From NCBI GenBank assembly GCA_965197645.1, contig OZ240219.1, positions 1,248,001 through 1,312,000 on the forward strand: 64,000 bases of DNA. Direction: 5' to 3'. Source of the DNA: Dehalococcoidia bacterium. GTDB lineage: Bacteria > Chloroflexota > Dehalococcoidia > Plut-88900. The position numbers and the translations under genes were made by a program. A model generated the notes under the pieces. It did not search any database. It saw only the letters and a list, made by a program, of their open reading frames with translations, and was not told the DNA's origin. Every line of letters starts with the position of its first letter. Position 1 is the first letter of the stretch. Shown here piece by piece: positions 11,664 to 22,389 of this stretch.

Positions 11664-12272
11664 CTAAAACATGGAGAGCTGTTCCGGCTTCTGCTCTTCC
11701 TCCACTTCCTCTGTCGGGGCCTGATCGACCTGTGCCAAGATGGCCGGTATCTTCTTCATATCCTCGATGATAGTGTTTCTCAGGGCCTGCTGGTGCAATG
11801 CGGCGGCCGGATGGTACATGGCGAAGACGGTCTGATCACCCCGGCGTTTGGCCGTGCCGTGCACCTTGCTGATAGTCTGCTTTTCGAAGTACCGAGCCAT
11901 GGAGTAGCGGCCCAGGGTCACCACCATCTTCGGTTTGATCAGCTCCAGCTGCCTGTCCAGCCAGCCGCTGCATGCCTCGATCTCATCGGGCAACGGGTCC
12001 CGGTTGCCGGGAGGCCGGCACTTGATCACGTTGGTGATATAGACGTCGGTCCGTTTCATGTCCACGGTCGCGAGCAACTCTTCGAGGAACTTGCCTGCGG
12101 GCCCCACGAAGGGCCTGGCCTGCTGGTCCTCGTAAAACCCTGGGCCTTCGCCGATGAACATGATCTCGGCGTTTTCCGGCCCCTCTCCAGGCACGGCGTA
12201 GGTCCTGCCTTGACATAACCCACACTTCTTACAGCCGGAGACTTCCTTGTGAAGTAGCTCTAACTCGGACAA
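11664..12272 (-). CDS. udg: Uracil-DNA glycosylase family 4 (Fe-S)
   Basis: CKKC.LC, GEGPG..ED, PFVG.AG, KCRPP.NR, YHPAA; start moved to the TTG at 12272, 6 nt from GGAGG. Confidence 0.94.
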   Translation of the reverse strand: MSELELLHKEVSGCKKCGLCQGRTYAVPGEGPENAEIMFIGEGPGFYEDQQARPFVGPAGKFLEELLATVDMKRTDVYITNVIKCRPPGNRDPLPDEIEACSGWLDRQLELIKPKMVVTLGRYSMARYFEKQTISKVHGTAKRRGDQTVFAMYHPAAALHQQALRNTIIEDMKKIPAILAQVDQAPTEEVEEEQKPEQLSMF

Positions 12273-12276
12273 AAGC

Positions 12277-12442
12277 AACCTCCTGAGGTTAGATTCAGGA
12301 TGGGCAGCTTACTGGACCTGCTGGAGGGAAGCTGACAGACCGAGCGTATCGGACTGGGAATAGCGTCCGATACCCATAGATCAAACCCCAGACCAACGAG
12401 GAGGGATCTTCCAGTGGATGGAACAACCCTCAACATAAAACG
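12277..12442 (-). ncRNA. Putative structured RNA leader (6S-like RNA or cis-regulatory switch)
   Basis: Nested pairings UGAGGGUU/AACCUCA, ACUGGA/UCCAGU, GUUGG/CCAGC, GUAUCGGAC/GUCCGAUAC form one long hairpin downstream of a consensus-like promoter; identity not confirmed. Confidence 0.45.
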
Positions 12443-12448
12443 ATAGCT

Positions 12449-12477
12449 AGTATACACCAATGTCAGAGGTACGGCAA
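12449..12477 (-). promoter_or_regulatory. Sigma70-type promoter for udg-rnj-ftsK-accDA
   Basis: TTGCCG-N17-TATACT on the minus strand. Confidence 0.65.
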
Positions 12478-12578
12478 AACTGAGGCTAGGCGGTCTTGCG
12501 AAGTGGATGGACGGAGGGGATCGCGTGGAACGAGGGGACGCGCGAGTGGCACTTGATGGCTGAGACGGAAGTTATTGG

Positions 12579-12839
12579 CTAAGAGTCCTCTTCCCCGTGC
12601 TCCTTGATGTACTCGACGGCGTCATTGACGGTCAGAATCTTCTCGGCGTCCTCGTCGGATATCTCCAGCTTGTTGTCTCCATCGCTGAACTCTTCTTCCA
12701 AGGCCATTATCAGCTCAACGAGGTCCAGCGAGTCGGCGTTGAGGTCATCGACGAAGGACGCCTCGGCTACCACTTCATCCTCTTCCACTCCCAGCTGCTC
12801 GACTATAATGCTCTTCACCCTGTCATGGACTGTTGCCAT
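12579..12839 (-). CDS. acpP: Acyl carrier protein
   Basis: [12 protein letters not shown] phosphopantetheine motif; short insertion after EEEF. Confidence 0.97.
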   Translation of the reverse strand: MATVHDRVKSIIVEQLGVEEDEVVAEASFVDDLNADSLDLVELIMALEEEFSDGDNKLEISDEDAEKILTVNDAVEYIKEHGEEDS

Positions 12840-12874
12840 TTCTGTCTCCCTGCTTGTGCTCGTTGTTGTAGAGT

Positions 12875-13300
12875 CTACTTTCTCGCGGCCCCAACCACCA
12901 ACTCCGCCATCAGGCTCCCCAGCACTCCGTTCACGAATTTTGTCGAACTATCGCTCCCGAAGGACTTGGCGAGCTCCACCGCCTCGTTGGCCGCCGCCTT
13001 GGATGGTGTCTCTCTGTGGTACTTTAACTCAAAAATCGCGATGCGCAAGACGGTCCGGTCGATTATAGAGAGCTGGTCCACCGGCCAGTTGGGCGCATAC
13101 TTAGCGATCATCCGGTCTATTGGGTCCCGGTTGGCGGCCACTCCCTCGACAAGCCTGGTGGTGAACTTCAGGGCCTCCTCAGGCAGGTTGGACTCTCGCT
13201 TGTGCCGGGCTACGATTTCTTGGGCGTCGTGTCCGACGGCGTCCACCTCATAGAGGACCTGCAGGGCCTTGATTCTGGCCATATGCCGAAGACCGGGCAA
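12875..13300 (-). CDS. nusB: Transcription antitermination factor NusB
   Basis: [11 protein letters not shown]...[24 protein letters not shown]. Confidence 0.96.
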   Translation of the reverse strand: MPGLRHMARIKALQVLYEVDAVGHDAQEIVARHKRESNLPEEALKFTTRLVEGVAANRDPIDRMIAKYAPNWPVDQLSIIDRTVLRIAIFELKYHRETPSKAAANEAVELAKSFGSDSSTKFVNGVLGSLMAELVVGAARK

Positions 13301-13311
13301 CTCAACAGCTC

Positions 13312-14064
13312 CTAGGCCGACACCATGCCGCCGTCCACGGTCAGGACGTGGCCTGTGATGTAGCTGGCATCTTCCGAGGCCAGGAAGGTCACGGCTTTGG
13401 CGACGTCCTCGGGAGTGCCGAACCTCTTTAGTGGGACCTGCTGGATGACCTGCTCCTTGACCTTATCGCTCAGCTTTCGGGTCATGTCCGTGTCAATGAA
13501 ACCGGGCGCTACGGCGTTTACGGTTATGCCCCGGGATGCGACCTCTTTGGCCGTAGTCTTGGTCAGACCTATGATTCCGGCCTTGGCAGCGGCGTAGTTG
13601 GCTTGCCCGGCGTTGCCCGCGATCCCCACCACGCTAGTTATATTGATTATTCTACCCCATCTCGCCTTGATCATGGGGGACAGGACCGCGCGGGTGCAGA
13701 AAAAGGCGCCTCTGAGATTCGTCGTCAGGACATCGTCCCAGTCCTCGTCCTTCATCCTGACGAGCAGACCATCCCGGTTGATGCCGGCGTTGTTGACGAG
13801 GACGTGGATGTGCCCCAACTCTTGCAGGACCTGATCGGTCATATGGCGCACGTCCTCGGCGGAGGTCACGTCAACCGGGACGAAGGTCAAGTCCGCCCCG
13901 CTCTTCTGGACCTCTTTGGCCCTAGCCAGGGTATCGGATGAATCGCTGATACCGGCAATTACCACGGTAGCTCCGGCGGAAACCAGATCAAGCACTACGG
14001 CCTGCCCTATACCTCGGGATCCACCCGTGACGACGGCCACCTTGCCAGTTAGATCACGACTCAC
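13312..14064 (-). CDS. fabG: 3-oxoacyl-ACP reductase
   Basis: [35 protein letters not shown]; fab context. Confidence 0.95.
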   Translation of the reverse strand: MSRDLTGKVAVVTGGSRGIGQAVVLDLVSAGATVVIAGISDSSDTLARAKEVQKSGADLTFVPVDVTSAEDVRHMTDQVLQELGHIHVLVNNAGINRDGLLVRMKDEDWDDVLTTNLRGAFFCTRAVLSPMIKARWGRIINITSVVGIAGNAGQANYAAAKAGIIGLTKTTAKEVASRGITVNAVAPGFIDTDMTRKLSDKVKEQVIQQVPLKRFGTPEDVAKAVTFLASEDASYITGHVLTVDGGMVSA

Positions 14065-14104
14065 TAGTCCTGCCTTACGGAAACCTGTCCCGATGTCTCG
14101 ATAC

Positions 14105-15037
14105 CTAGGGCTGGAGCAGGTCGGTCAGGTTGAGGGTGTTAACGGAAGGGTTTATGCGCTTCACCAGGCTCGAGAGCACTTTACCGGGGCCTATCTCCAC
14201 GAAGGTGGAGACCCCGGAGCCCACCATGAACTCGATGGACTTGAGCCAGTGCACACAGTTGCATAGCTGGTACATTAGCTCGGTCTTGAGCTCTTCGGCC
14301 GAGGTAACCGGCTCGGCGGTGGTGTTGGCTATGATGGGAATCGACGCAGTTGAAAAGCTCACCGCACCTAGCGCCGTGGTCATGCCGTCTACGGTCGGCT
14401 CCATCAGGCTGGAGTGGAAAGCGGAGCCGACGTTGAGGGGTACGACCTTCTTTGCGCCCCGTGCCCTCGCCATGTCCAGGGCTGCCGGTATGTTCACTTT
14501 GGGGCCGCTGATGACGATCTGCTCGTGGGAGTTGACGTTAGAGATCTGCATGCCCGATTGCTGGCAGATATCCTCGGTCGTGCTCTCATCCAGGCCGATG
14601 ATGGCGGCCATCCCACCCGGTTGGACGGTGTTGGCCTCGTTCATAAGCCGGCCTCTTTCCCGTACCAGCTTAAGGCAGTCGGCAAACTGGAGGGCGCCCG
14701 CGGCGGCAAGGGCCGTGTATTCGCCCAGGCTATGACCTGCCAGGAAGCTGGGCTGAGGGGGAGGATGCCCAAGCTCTTCGGTGAGACAGGTGAGTCCCGC
14801 CAGGCTTGTGGTAAAGATGGCGGGCTGGGCGTTGTGGGTTAGGGTCAGCTCCTCTTCAGGGCCTTCGAAGCAGAGCTTGGTCAGGGAGAACCCCAGGACC
14901 TCGTCTGCCTCGTCGAAGATGCGTCGGGCTGAAGGATTACTCTCGTAAAGCTCCTTGCCCATTCCCACCTTCTGGGAGCCCTGTCCAGGGAAGATAAAGG
15001 CGGTCTTTTCAGAATCGATCTGGGTTGATGTAGTCAT
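14105..15037 (-). CDS. fabD: Malonyl CoA-ACP transacylase
   Basis: FPGQGSQ, GHSLGEY, AFHS, EIGPG. Confidence 0.97.
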   Translation of the reverse strand: MTTSTQIDSEKTAFIFPGQGSQKVGMGKELYESNPSARRIFDEADEVLGFSLTKLCFEGPEEELTLTHNAQPAIFTTSLAGLTCLTEELGHPPPQPSFLAGHSLGEYTALAAAGALQFADCLKLVRERGRLMNEANTVQPGGMAAIIGLDESTTEDICQQSGMQISNVNSHEQIVISGPKVNIPAALDMARARGAKKVVPLNVGSAFHSSLMEPTVDGMTTALGAVSFSTASIPIIANTTAEPVTSAEELKTELMYQLCNCVHWLKSIEFMVGSGVSTFVEIGPGKVLSSLVKRINPSVNTLNLTDLLQP

Positions 15038-15217
15038 TTATTCCACCTCAATTGCCTGCTGTCCGGCGTAGGTGCCGCAGGTAGGGCACGCGTGATGAGT
15101 CCGCTTCATGCTGTGGCAACGAGAGCAGGGCTCCAATGCCGGGAGACGCATCCGGGAGTGGGCGCTCCGCTTGCCTTTCCTGGCCTTGCTGGTCTTACGT
15201 TTCGGTAATGCTCCCAT
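15038..15217 (-). CDS. rpmF: 50S ribosomal protein L32 (absent from the ORF track)
   Basis: Manual translation MGALPKRKTSKARKGKRSAHSRMRLPALEPCSRCHSMKRTHHACPTCGTYAGQQAIEVE (59 aa); two CxxC; lies between yceD and fabD. Confidence 0.96.
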   Translation of the reverse strand: MGALPKRKTSKARKGKRSAHSRMRLPALEPCSRCHSMKRTHHACPTCGTYAGQQAIEVE

Positions 15218-15239
15218 ACTGATTGTCCTCGAGTATAGC

Positions 15240-15722
15240 TTATGCGGTCTTCAAATCGGTGACGCTGCAGAGGCATTCGCCCTCGTTCAGGCTGGCCCCG
15301 CACTGAGCGCACAGGCCGGCGCAACCCTCGCGGCACAGGGGTTTCATGGGCACTCCCAGAGCGAGATATTCCCGCACCGCAGGCTCCATGTCCAACAGGT
15401 GCTGCTCGTCGATGATCAAGTCATCGGTAACCAACTCGTCCTGGAAGGGGTCGGCTCGAACCTCGGATATGGGCAGGAACTCCTCCTCCATTTTCAGTAC
15501 CTGTGACTGATGGAAACTGGTGAGACAGCGGACACAGCTGCAACTCACCCCGGCTTCCAGAACGGCGGTTACCTGTATCCCCAGATCGGTCTTCATCATC
15601 GATACAGTGCCCGTTACCCTTACCGGACCGGTGTCGGCCAGGCCTGAAATCTCCTCCTCGACCTGGTATCGCTTCACCGAGCCGGAGCGATCTTGAAGCA
15701 GCTGGGATACGTTGAACTGCAT
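15240..15722 (-). CDS. yceD: DUF177/YceD family protein
   Basis: CVRCL and PMKPLCREGCAGLCAQCG; upstream of rpmF; start taken at MQFNV. Confidence 0.92.
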   Translation of the reverse strand: MQFNVSQLLQDRSGSVKRYQVEEEISGLADTGPVRVTGTVSMMKTDLGIQVTAVLEAGVSCSCVRCLTSFHQSQVLKMEEEFLPISEVRADPFQDELVTDDLIIDEQHLLDMEPAVREYLALGVPMKPLCREGCAGLCAQCGASLNEGECLCSVTDLKTA

Positions 15723-15881
15723 TGTGCAATATCTCACGTAGTTGCCACCGGCTATTATGGAATGCCCCGATTTTGGTGTCAAGTGGCAGCGGTTGACGCT
15801 TGACGCAGGCGATGAGTATGATTCTGTAACCGCTTCCACAGATGCTCAGTACGCCCGGTAAGTCCGGGTGGGAGGAAACCG

Positions 15882-16673
15882 ATGACTTTGAAGACAATCC
15901 TGGTCGATAGGGCCGGTCACAAAGTAACGATAACTATGAATCGACCTGAAAAGCTGAACGCCCTTAACGCCCGCATGTGCATTGAGCTCAGAGACACATT
16001 TGCAGAGCTGAAAGACGACCCGGACTTGCGGGTGTTAGTCCTGACCGGGGCGGGGAGAGGTTTCTGCTCGGGGGCGGACCTGACCCCCTCGGACGACGAT
16101 CGCGAAAACGTAGAGATCATCGAGGTGCTTCACACGCTGATACGGCTGATGCGTAACTTCACGGTCCCCATAATCGGGGCGGTGAACGGAGAGGCGGTAG
16201 GCGCCGGGTTCTCGTTATCCCTGGCTACCGACGTTCGAATCGCATCGGACCGTTCCAGGTACTCGGCAATCTTCGTGAAGCGAGCGCTGGGCGGCGACTG
16301 CGGACTGACCTATACCCTTCCCAGGACCGTAGGGCTTTCCAACGCCTTTCAGTTGTTGTACACCGGCGATATTATCGACGCGGCAGAAGCAGATAGGATC
16401 GGTTTGGTCAGCAAGGTCGTTCCCCACGACGAGCTGACGGAGACGGTGGACGGACTGGCGACGGCCATCATCAACAACGCACCCCTGGCAATCCGCGGCA
16501 TCAGGAGGGCCGTCTACTCCAACCAGGACGGCGACCTGGACTCGGCCCTGAACATGGAGTATGCCACCAATACAATGCTGAGCTTGACCGACGACTCGTA
16601 CGAAGGACGCATGGCCTTCGCGGAGAAGCGGGACCCGGTCTTTACCGGCAAGTTCAGGGACAGGGATTCCTAG
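15882..16673 (+). CDS. Enoyl-CoA hydratase/isomerase family protein
   Basis: NRPEKLNAL, GRGFCSGADL, AVNG.AVGAG, AFAEKRDPVF. Confidence 0.92.
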   Translation: MTLKTILVDRAGHKVTITMNRPEKLNALNARMCIELRDTFAELKDDPDLRVLVLTGAGRGFCSGADLTPSDDDRENVEIIEVLHTLIRLMRNFTVPIIGAVNGEAVGAGFSLSLATDVRIASDRSRYSAIFVKRALGGDCGLTYTLPRTVGLSNAFQLLYTGDIIDAAEADRIGLVSKVVPHDELTETVDGLATAIINNAPLAIRGIRRAVYSNQDGDLDSALNMEYATNTMLSLTDDSYEGRMAFAEKRDPVFTGKFRDRDS

Positions 16674-16786
16674 GACGAAGCACCACGCCCACCACCGGCC
16701 CTCCAACGGAAACGGACGGTTGCGTCACCGGACCGGGACTCGCCATAAAGAGAAAGAGGCCCTCTTTGCTATAATGGCAAGCGGCC

Positions 16787-17815
<1,029 letters not shown>

Positions 17816-17895
17816 GGACGAAGGGACTGGCCCGATGGGCCGCTTTCGTTGCATAATCTCTTTGCATCATTCCGGACCGGAAGGAGAAGCATAGT

Positions 17896-18237
17896 TTGGG
17901 GTTACTTTTCAAACTGTTTACCCTGATAGGAACTTTGGTAATCATCGGCGTTAGCTTGGTGGGGCTCGGTGTTCTGTACCTGTGGTGGCGAGACCGGCAG
18001 TGGGAGGATGAGATCTACCGGACCGGCCAGTACCCCGAGGAGGCATCGAAACCTCAACCAACGCCCACGGTGGCGGCCAAGACCGAGCCCTCTCCCACCG
18101 AGGCGACCAAGCCTACCACTGCACAAGCCTCCGTCCCGGAGGCGACCAAGCAGGCCGCCGTAGCGGCGGAGGTAGACGGAAACGAGCCAGCCGAAGATAC
18201 CGCATCATCCAAGGGTAAGTCTCAAGCTAAGCAGTAG
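17896..18237 (+). CDS. Small membrane-anchored protein with a Pro/Thr/Ala-rich tail
   Basis: AAGGAG RBS, TTG start, one hydrophobic helix followed by a low-complexity tail. Confidence 0.65.
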   Translation: MGLLFKLFTLIGTLVIIGVSLVGLGVLYLWWRDRQWEDEIYRTGQYPEEASKPQPTPTVAAKTEPSPTEATKPTTAQASVPEATKQAAVAAEVDGNEPAEDTASSKGKSQAKQ

Positions 18238-18281
18238 GCTTCCTTACCGGCCAGGGCTTGACCGTTCGGCCGAAGCCGCCA

Positions 18282-20090
18282 TCACTCGGGGAAGCCGTCG
18301 CCCTTCTGACTCTGTTGTGACATCCGGTACAGGCGGGCGTATACCCCATCCTTCCGGAGCAGCTGTTCGTGGGTGCCCTCTTCCACGATCCGCCCGTCCT
18401 CTATAGCGATGATCCTCGAAGCGTTTCGGATCGTGGATAGCCTGTGGGCGATAACCAACGACGTGCGGCCCTGCAGCAGCTGTCCCAGCGCCTGTTGAAT
18501 TAGCACCTCGGTCTGAGTATCGATGTTGGCCGTGGCCTCGTCGAGGACCAGCACCCGGGGATCGGCCAGGATGGCCCTAGCGAAGCTGATTAGCTGGCGC
18601 TGGCCGGTGCTGAAGTTCAGGCCCCTCTCCTGGAGCATGGTGTCATAGCCGTTGGGCAGGTTCTCTACGAACTGGTCCGCGCCCACAGCCTCGGCAGCGG
18701 CCCTTATCTCATCGTCGGTGGCGTCCAGGCGTCCATAGCGGATGTTCTCCCTCACCGTCCCCGTGAAGAGGATCGGGTCCTGGAGTACGATAGCGATATG
18801 GCTGGTCAATGATTTCCTGGTGACCTTGTTGACGTCCTTGCCATCGAAGGTAATTCGACCGTCGTGTACTTCGTAGAGGCGGGGCAGCAGGCTTACCAAG
18901 GTGCTCTTGCCGCCGCCCGTGGGGCCTACCACGGCCACCGTCTCTCCGGGGGCAACGGTAAGGTTCACGTCCCGGAGCACGGGTATGCCTTCTATGTAGC
19001 TGAAGTTTACGTTCTCGAATCGGACCTCGCCCCTGACGGACCGGAGCTCCTCAGCGTCGGGGGCGTCTACTATGTCGGCCTTGACGTCCAGAAGCTCGAA
19101 AATGCGGATGCCGGAGGCCATGGCCCTCTGTATCTCCGTGTACTCGATGGCAAGGTTCCGAACGGGGTCGAAGAAGCGAAGGATATACAGGGCAAAGGCT
19201 ACCAGGGTGCTAATCTCCAGATCCCCGCCCAAGGCCCGGTTACCGCCAAAGATGATGACCAGGGCGATGGCCAGAGCGCTGAGCAGCTCTACGACAGGCA
19301 TTATGCCCGCCGAAAGGCGGCTGGCGAGAATGTTGGAGCGCATGTGGCGCCGGTTGAGTTGATCGAACTTTTCCATGTTCAGCTCTTCCCTACCCATGCT
19401 CTGGACCACCCTGACCCCTGAGATGTTCTCTTGGAGCCCCGAGTTGACCGCGGATATGGCCCTTCTGACCCTCAAGAAGGCATGCCGGGCGAACCCCTGC
19501 CAGTAGAAAAGAGCGAAGATCAGGACCGGTATCACCGCCAGGGTTATCAGCCCCAGTTGGAGGTCCATCAGGAGCAGCGCCCCCACCACGCCTACCAGCA
19601 CCAGCAGGTCGCCGGCGGAGAGAATACCCTCGGTCAGGAACTGCTCTAGCTGGAGCACGTCGCCTTGGGCCCGAGACATGATGCGCCCGACCTCGTTGCG
19701 ATCGTAGAAATTGAGGGACAGTCGTTGGAGGTGACCAAATACGCGGATGCGTAGAGCGTACAGTACCCCCTGTCCCACCTTGGCCATGAAGACCAGCTGA
19801 AGCCAGTTGGTGGCATACCCGAGAACCGCGTTGACGGCAAAGACTAGGGCGATCCAGTTGAGATCGCTCATGTTGCCCCCGGTAACGGCGCCTATCCCCA
19901 GGGATATAAGCCAGGGCGCGGCCACCAGAGTACCGGTGTAGACCACCATGCTGATCAGTGCGATGGTGACCTGCAGCTTGTAAGGCCCAAGGAAGGGCAC
20001 CATGCGGGATGCCACTCGATGGTCGTATACGGCCCCATACGGATCGCCTTCATCCAGCCGGACGGTCTTGGCGCCGGAGGAGAGTTGCAT
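18282..20090 (-). CDS. ABC exporter, fused permease and ATPase (heterodimer subunit)
   Basis: TM domain; GPTGGGKST, FSTGQRQ, LDEAT, IAHRLST. Confidence 0.95.
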   Translation of the reverse strand: MQLSSGAKTVRLDEGDPYGAVYDHRVASRMVPFLGPYKLQVTIALISMVVYTGTLVAAPWLISLGIGAVTGGNMSDLNWIALVFAVNAVLGYATNWLQLVFMAKVGQGVLYALRIRVFGHLQRLSLNFYDRNEVGRIMSRAQGDVLQLEQFLTEGILSAGDLLVLVGVVGALLLMDLQLGLITLAVIPVLIFALFYWQGFARHAFLRVRRAISAVNSGLQENISGVRVVQSMGREELNMEKFDQLNRRHMRSNILASRLSAGIMPVVELLSALAIALVIIFGGNRALGGDLEISTLVAFALYILRFFDPVRNLAIEYTEIQRAMASGIRIFELLDVKADIVDAPDAEELRSVRGEVRFENVNFSYIEGIPVLRDVNLTVAPGETVAVVGPTGGGKSTLVSLLPRLYEVHDGRITFDGKDVNKVTRKSLTSHIAIVLQDPILFTGTVRENIRYGRLDATDDEIRAAAEAVGADQFVENLPNGYDTMLQERGLNFSTGQRQLISFARAILADPRVLVLDEATANIDTQTEVLIQQALGQLLQGRTSLVIAHRLSTIRNASRIIAIEDGRIVEEGTHEQLLRKDGVYARLYRMSQQSQKGDGFPE

Positions 20091-20091
20091 G

Positions 20092-21888
20092 CTAGCCTTC
20101 CGCTCCGCCCGCGGGCGACCTTAGCGAGGAGAAAGTGGGGGAATGGGCCGGTTGGTGTGGCTCTTCCTGGTGCCTGAATTGGAGATCGTAGATCTGAGTG
20201 TAGATGCCGCCTTTGGCCAGAAGCTCGGAGTGGGTGCCCCGCTCGGCGATGCGTCCCTTGTCCAGGACCAGCACCAGGTCGGCATTTCTAACCGTACTCA
20301 ACCGTTGGGCGATGATAAACGTGGTCCGCCCCTTGATCAGCTCTTTCAAGGCCTCCTGGATCAACATCTCCGTCTCGGTGTCTACGCTGGCGGTTGAATC
20401 GTCCAGGATCAGTATCCTGGGGTCCATCAGCAGGGTCCTGGCAATGGTGACCCGCTGCTTCTGCCCGCCGGAAAGGGTAATGCCCCTTTCGCCGACGCGG
20501 GTCTGGTAGCCATCCGGGGTGGAATCGATGAAATCCTTCAGACGGGCCGCTTCCGCCGCTCTCTCTATATCCTCCATGGTGGCTTCCTGGGCGCCGTAGG
20601 CTAGGTTCTCCTTCAGGGTATCCGCAAAGAGGAACACCTCCTGCTGCACTATTCCTACGGCACGCCGGAGAGAATTAAGCGTAACGTCCCGTATGTCCAC
20701 ACCGTCGATGGTTATCGAACCCTGGTTGACGTCGTAGAACCGGGGTACCAGGTGGACGATGGTCGTCTTGCCGCTGCCGGTGGCCCCAAGAAGGGCTACC
20801 ACCTGCCCGGGTTCCACCTGGAAGCTGATGTCCGATAGGGCCGGATCGACGCTATCGTAGCCGAAGTGGACGTTATTGAAGGCTACCCGACCCCTGACGT
20901 TCTCCAGAGATCTGGCGGAGGGACGTTCCTCGACGGGGGAGACCGCATCTAGGATCTGGAATATCCGCTCCGCCGACGAGGCCGCCCTGGAAAAGAGGGT
21001 GATCATCCAGCCGGATATTCGTATCGGCATGGCGAGCATCGCCAGGTATAGGAAGAATTCGGTCAACTCTCCGGGGCTCAGGTTGCCGGACATGACGTCC
21101 CGCCCGCCGAACCACAGAATCGCACAGGTGAGTAGGGCGAACACCAGGTAGATGAAGGGACCTTGTGTGGCGTGCAGCTTGGCGGCTACGATATTTTCAT
21201 CCGCCAGCTCTACGGACTTGGCCCGGAACTTGTCGTTTTCATACTCTTCTCGGGAGAAGGCCCGTACCACCATCACCGACGACAGGTTCTCCTGCATGAC
21301 GGCGCCGAGATCGCCGGTCATGGCCTGGATCCTTCGATATATGACCCGCATCTTCCGGCTGATCAGCGTTGCTCGAACTATCAGAAAGGGCAGCGAAACC
21401 AGGGCGATCAGACCCAGCGTCCAACTAGTGGTGATCAGCAAGGCGCTGATGGCTCCCAGCAGCAGTACCAAGTACAGAGAGCGTATCAGCCCGAAGCTGA
21501 TGAACCACCTGATCGATTCTATGTCCGCCGTCGCCCTGGACATGAGTTGCCCGGTCTGCTGCTTGTCGTGGTAGGCGTAGCTCATGCGCTGCAGGTGGTT
21601 GTAGAAGGCATTCCTAAGATCGTAGGCGACCTTGTGGGATATCATCTCTCCGAAAAACCTCTGTGAGTAGAGGAACACGGCGTGCGCCATGCTGAAGAGA
21701 AACACGCCTGTCGCTGCAAATACCAGAAACGAAAATGCGTCTTTTTCCAGGATCTTGTCGATGGAGGTGCCCAGCAGGCGTGGCATCGCCAGGGATGCAA
21801 GGGTAGAGAGGACGAGAGCCGCGTAGGCGATTAAGACGTATTTTTTGTGGGGCCTGACGAAGCCCATCAGGCGTAGGATGTGTCTCAT
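20092..21888 (-). CDS. ABC exporter, fused permease and ATPase (degenerate-site subunit)
   Basis: GATGSGKT, LSGGQKQR, degenerate LDDS and IAQR; coupled to the partner gene. Confidence 0.95.
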   Translation of the reverse strand: MRHILRLMGFVRPHKKYVLIAYAALVLSTLASLAMPRLLGTSIDKILEKDAFSFLVFAATGVFLFSMAHAVFLYSQRFFGEMISHKVAYDLRNAFYNHLQRMSYAYHDKQQTGQLMSRATADIESIRWFISFGLIRSLYLVLLLGAISALLITTSWTLGLIALVSLPFLIVRATLISRKMRVIYRRIQAMTGDLGAVMQENLSSVMVVRAFSREEYENDKFRAKSVELADENIVAAKLHATQGPFIYLVFALLTCAILWFGGRDVMSGNLSPGELTEFFLYLAMLAMPIRISGWMITLFSRAASSAERIFQILDAVSPVEERPSARSLENVRGRVAFNNVHFGYDSVDPALSDISFQVEPGQVVALLGATGSGKTTIVHLVPRFYDVNQGSITIDGVDIRDVTLNSLRRAVGIVQQEVFLFADTLKENLAYGAQEATMEDIERAAEAARLKDFIDSTPDGYQTRVGERGITLSGGQKQRVTIARTLLMDPRILILDDSTASVDTETEMLIQEALKELIKGRTTFIIAQRLSTVRNADLVLVLDKGRIAERGTHSELLAKGGIYTQIYDLQFRHQEEPHQPAHSPTFSSLRSPAGGAEG

Positions 21889-22027
21889 GTAGCGTCGGTT
21901 ACTTGGCCTCGGTCCAAGAAGGCCGAGTGCGGGTTTCTATTTCACGGCCGGCAACGCGTTTCTCCACGATTAGCCGAAACAAGGGAGACAGGTGCACGGG
22001 AGGGACCATAGCTTGGTTTCGATCTGT

Positions 22028-22054
22028 GTTTACAGTCTAGACTTGTTTGTCAAC
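22028..22054. promoter_or_regulatory. Candidate GntR-type operator upstream of the ABC exporter operon
   Basis: Core palindrome AGTCTAGACT (22034-22043) inside GTTTACA-N13-TGTCAAC, directly next to a minus-strand GATAAT. Confidence 0.45.
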
Positions 22055-22084
22055 ATTATCCAGCGAGAGATGGCCTGAGTACGA

Positions 22085-22375
22085 CCCCGCCCTGGGGACG
22101 CGAATGAGTGCTTTCCCTCTGACGGGGAGTAGAACCACCTGGGGTGGGACAACCTTCCTCACCAGGAAGAGGAAAGAAAAAAGAGATAGTTTCTGAGGGA
22201 CACCCTCAGACCTCGGCCTGCCTGTCCGAGCCTCAGGCAGACCGGGCAAAGGGGTTTGGCCCTATCTTCTCTCAAGTTATGGGTGCAGGGCCTCGCCCTG
22301 TCTCTGGCAGGGAGTTTGGGGGATGTGCCCCCAATATACAAAACGTCCCGGGGTGGGTGGGAGGGAAGAACTACT
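22085..22375. repeat. Composite palindromic intergenic element with a nested insertion
   Basis: AACCACCTGGGGTGG; TCTGAGGGACACCCTCAGA; inserted CCTGCCTG..CAGGCAG; GGCAAAGGGGTTTGGCCC; CTGGCAGGGAGTTTGGGGGATGTGCCCCCAA. Confidence 0.8.
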
Positions 22376-22389
22376 TAGGGTGGAGCGGA

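Noticed and set aside
22055-22100. SAM-I riboswitch-like start (TTATCCAG..GAG)
   Set aside because: Lacks the downstream GCAACC and GTGC core and the closing P1 strand, and points away from the adjacent operon
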